Source: the human T2T-CHM13v2.0 reference genome, Homo sapiens
Direction: 5' to 3' (one strand)
Assembly (NCBI RefSeq): GCF_009914755.1
Contig: NC_060926.1
Length of the DNA: 64,000 nucleotides
Shown in pieces: positions 63,941 through 64,000 of the stretch (its first letter is position 1; the number at the start of each line of letters is the position of its first letter). A model generated the notes under the pieces. The model searched no databases and had not been told where the DNA came from. It saw nothing but the letters and a program-made list of their open reading frames with translations. Both the position numbers and the translations under genes were made by a program.

Positions 63941-64000
63941 TTTTTTCTTTTTAAATTGAGGTAGAGTCTCACCTCAGTTTATGAGGTAAGACTGTGTTGC

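Overview
Repeat-dense primate genomic DNA, most likely human or great ape given AluY and an L1PA2-type 3' end. It holds about 45 Alu-family copies, many old L1/L2/MIR fragments, MaLR/ERVL LTRs (including a two-LTR THE1 inside an Alu), DNA-transposon fossils and a U5 snRNA retrocopy. A CpG island at about 54.6-56.2 kb carries a probable non-coding first exon of a plus-strand gene (donor at 55413); I cannot name the gene, and no intact protein-coding exon is visible. The main finding is in the unique DNA between repeats at about 0.4-28.9 kb on the minus strand: a chain of about 16 exon-like blocks, mostly with AG/GT boundaries and mostly with compatible phases, carrying stops, frameshifts and TE insertions. 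The 5' blocks translate into motifs resembling the NRBP1/NRBP2 pseudokinase domain, so this looks like a decayed, intron-containing gene. The NRBP comparison is from memory and needs alignment. Several template-switch-like scars also occur, including a 35-bp-arm hairpin about 2.4 kb upstream of the CpG island. Repeat boundaries and subfamily calls are by eye and approximate.
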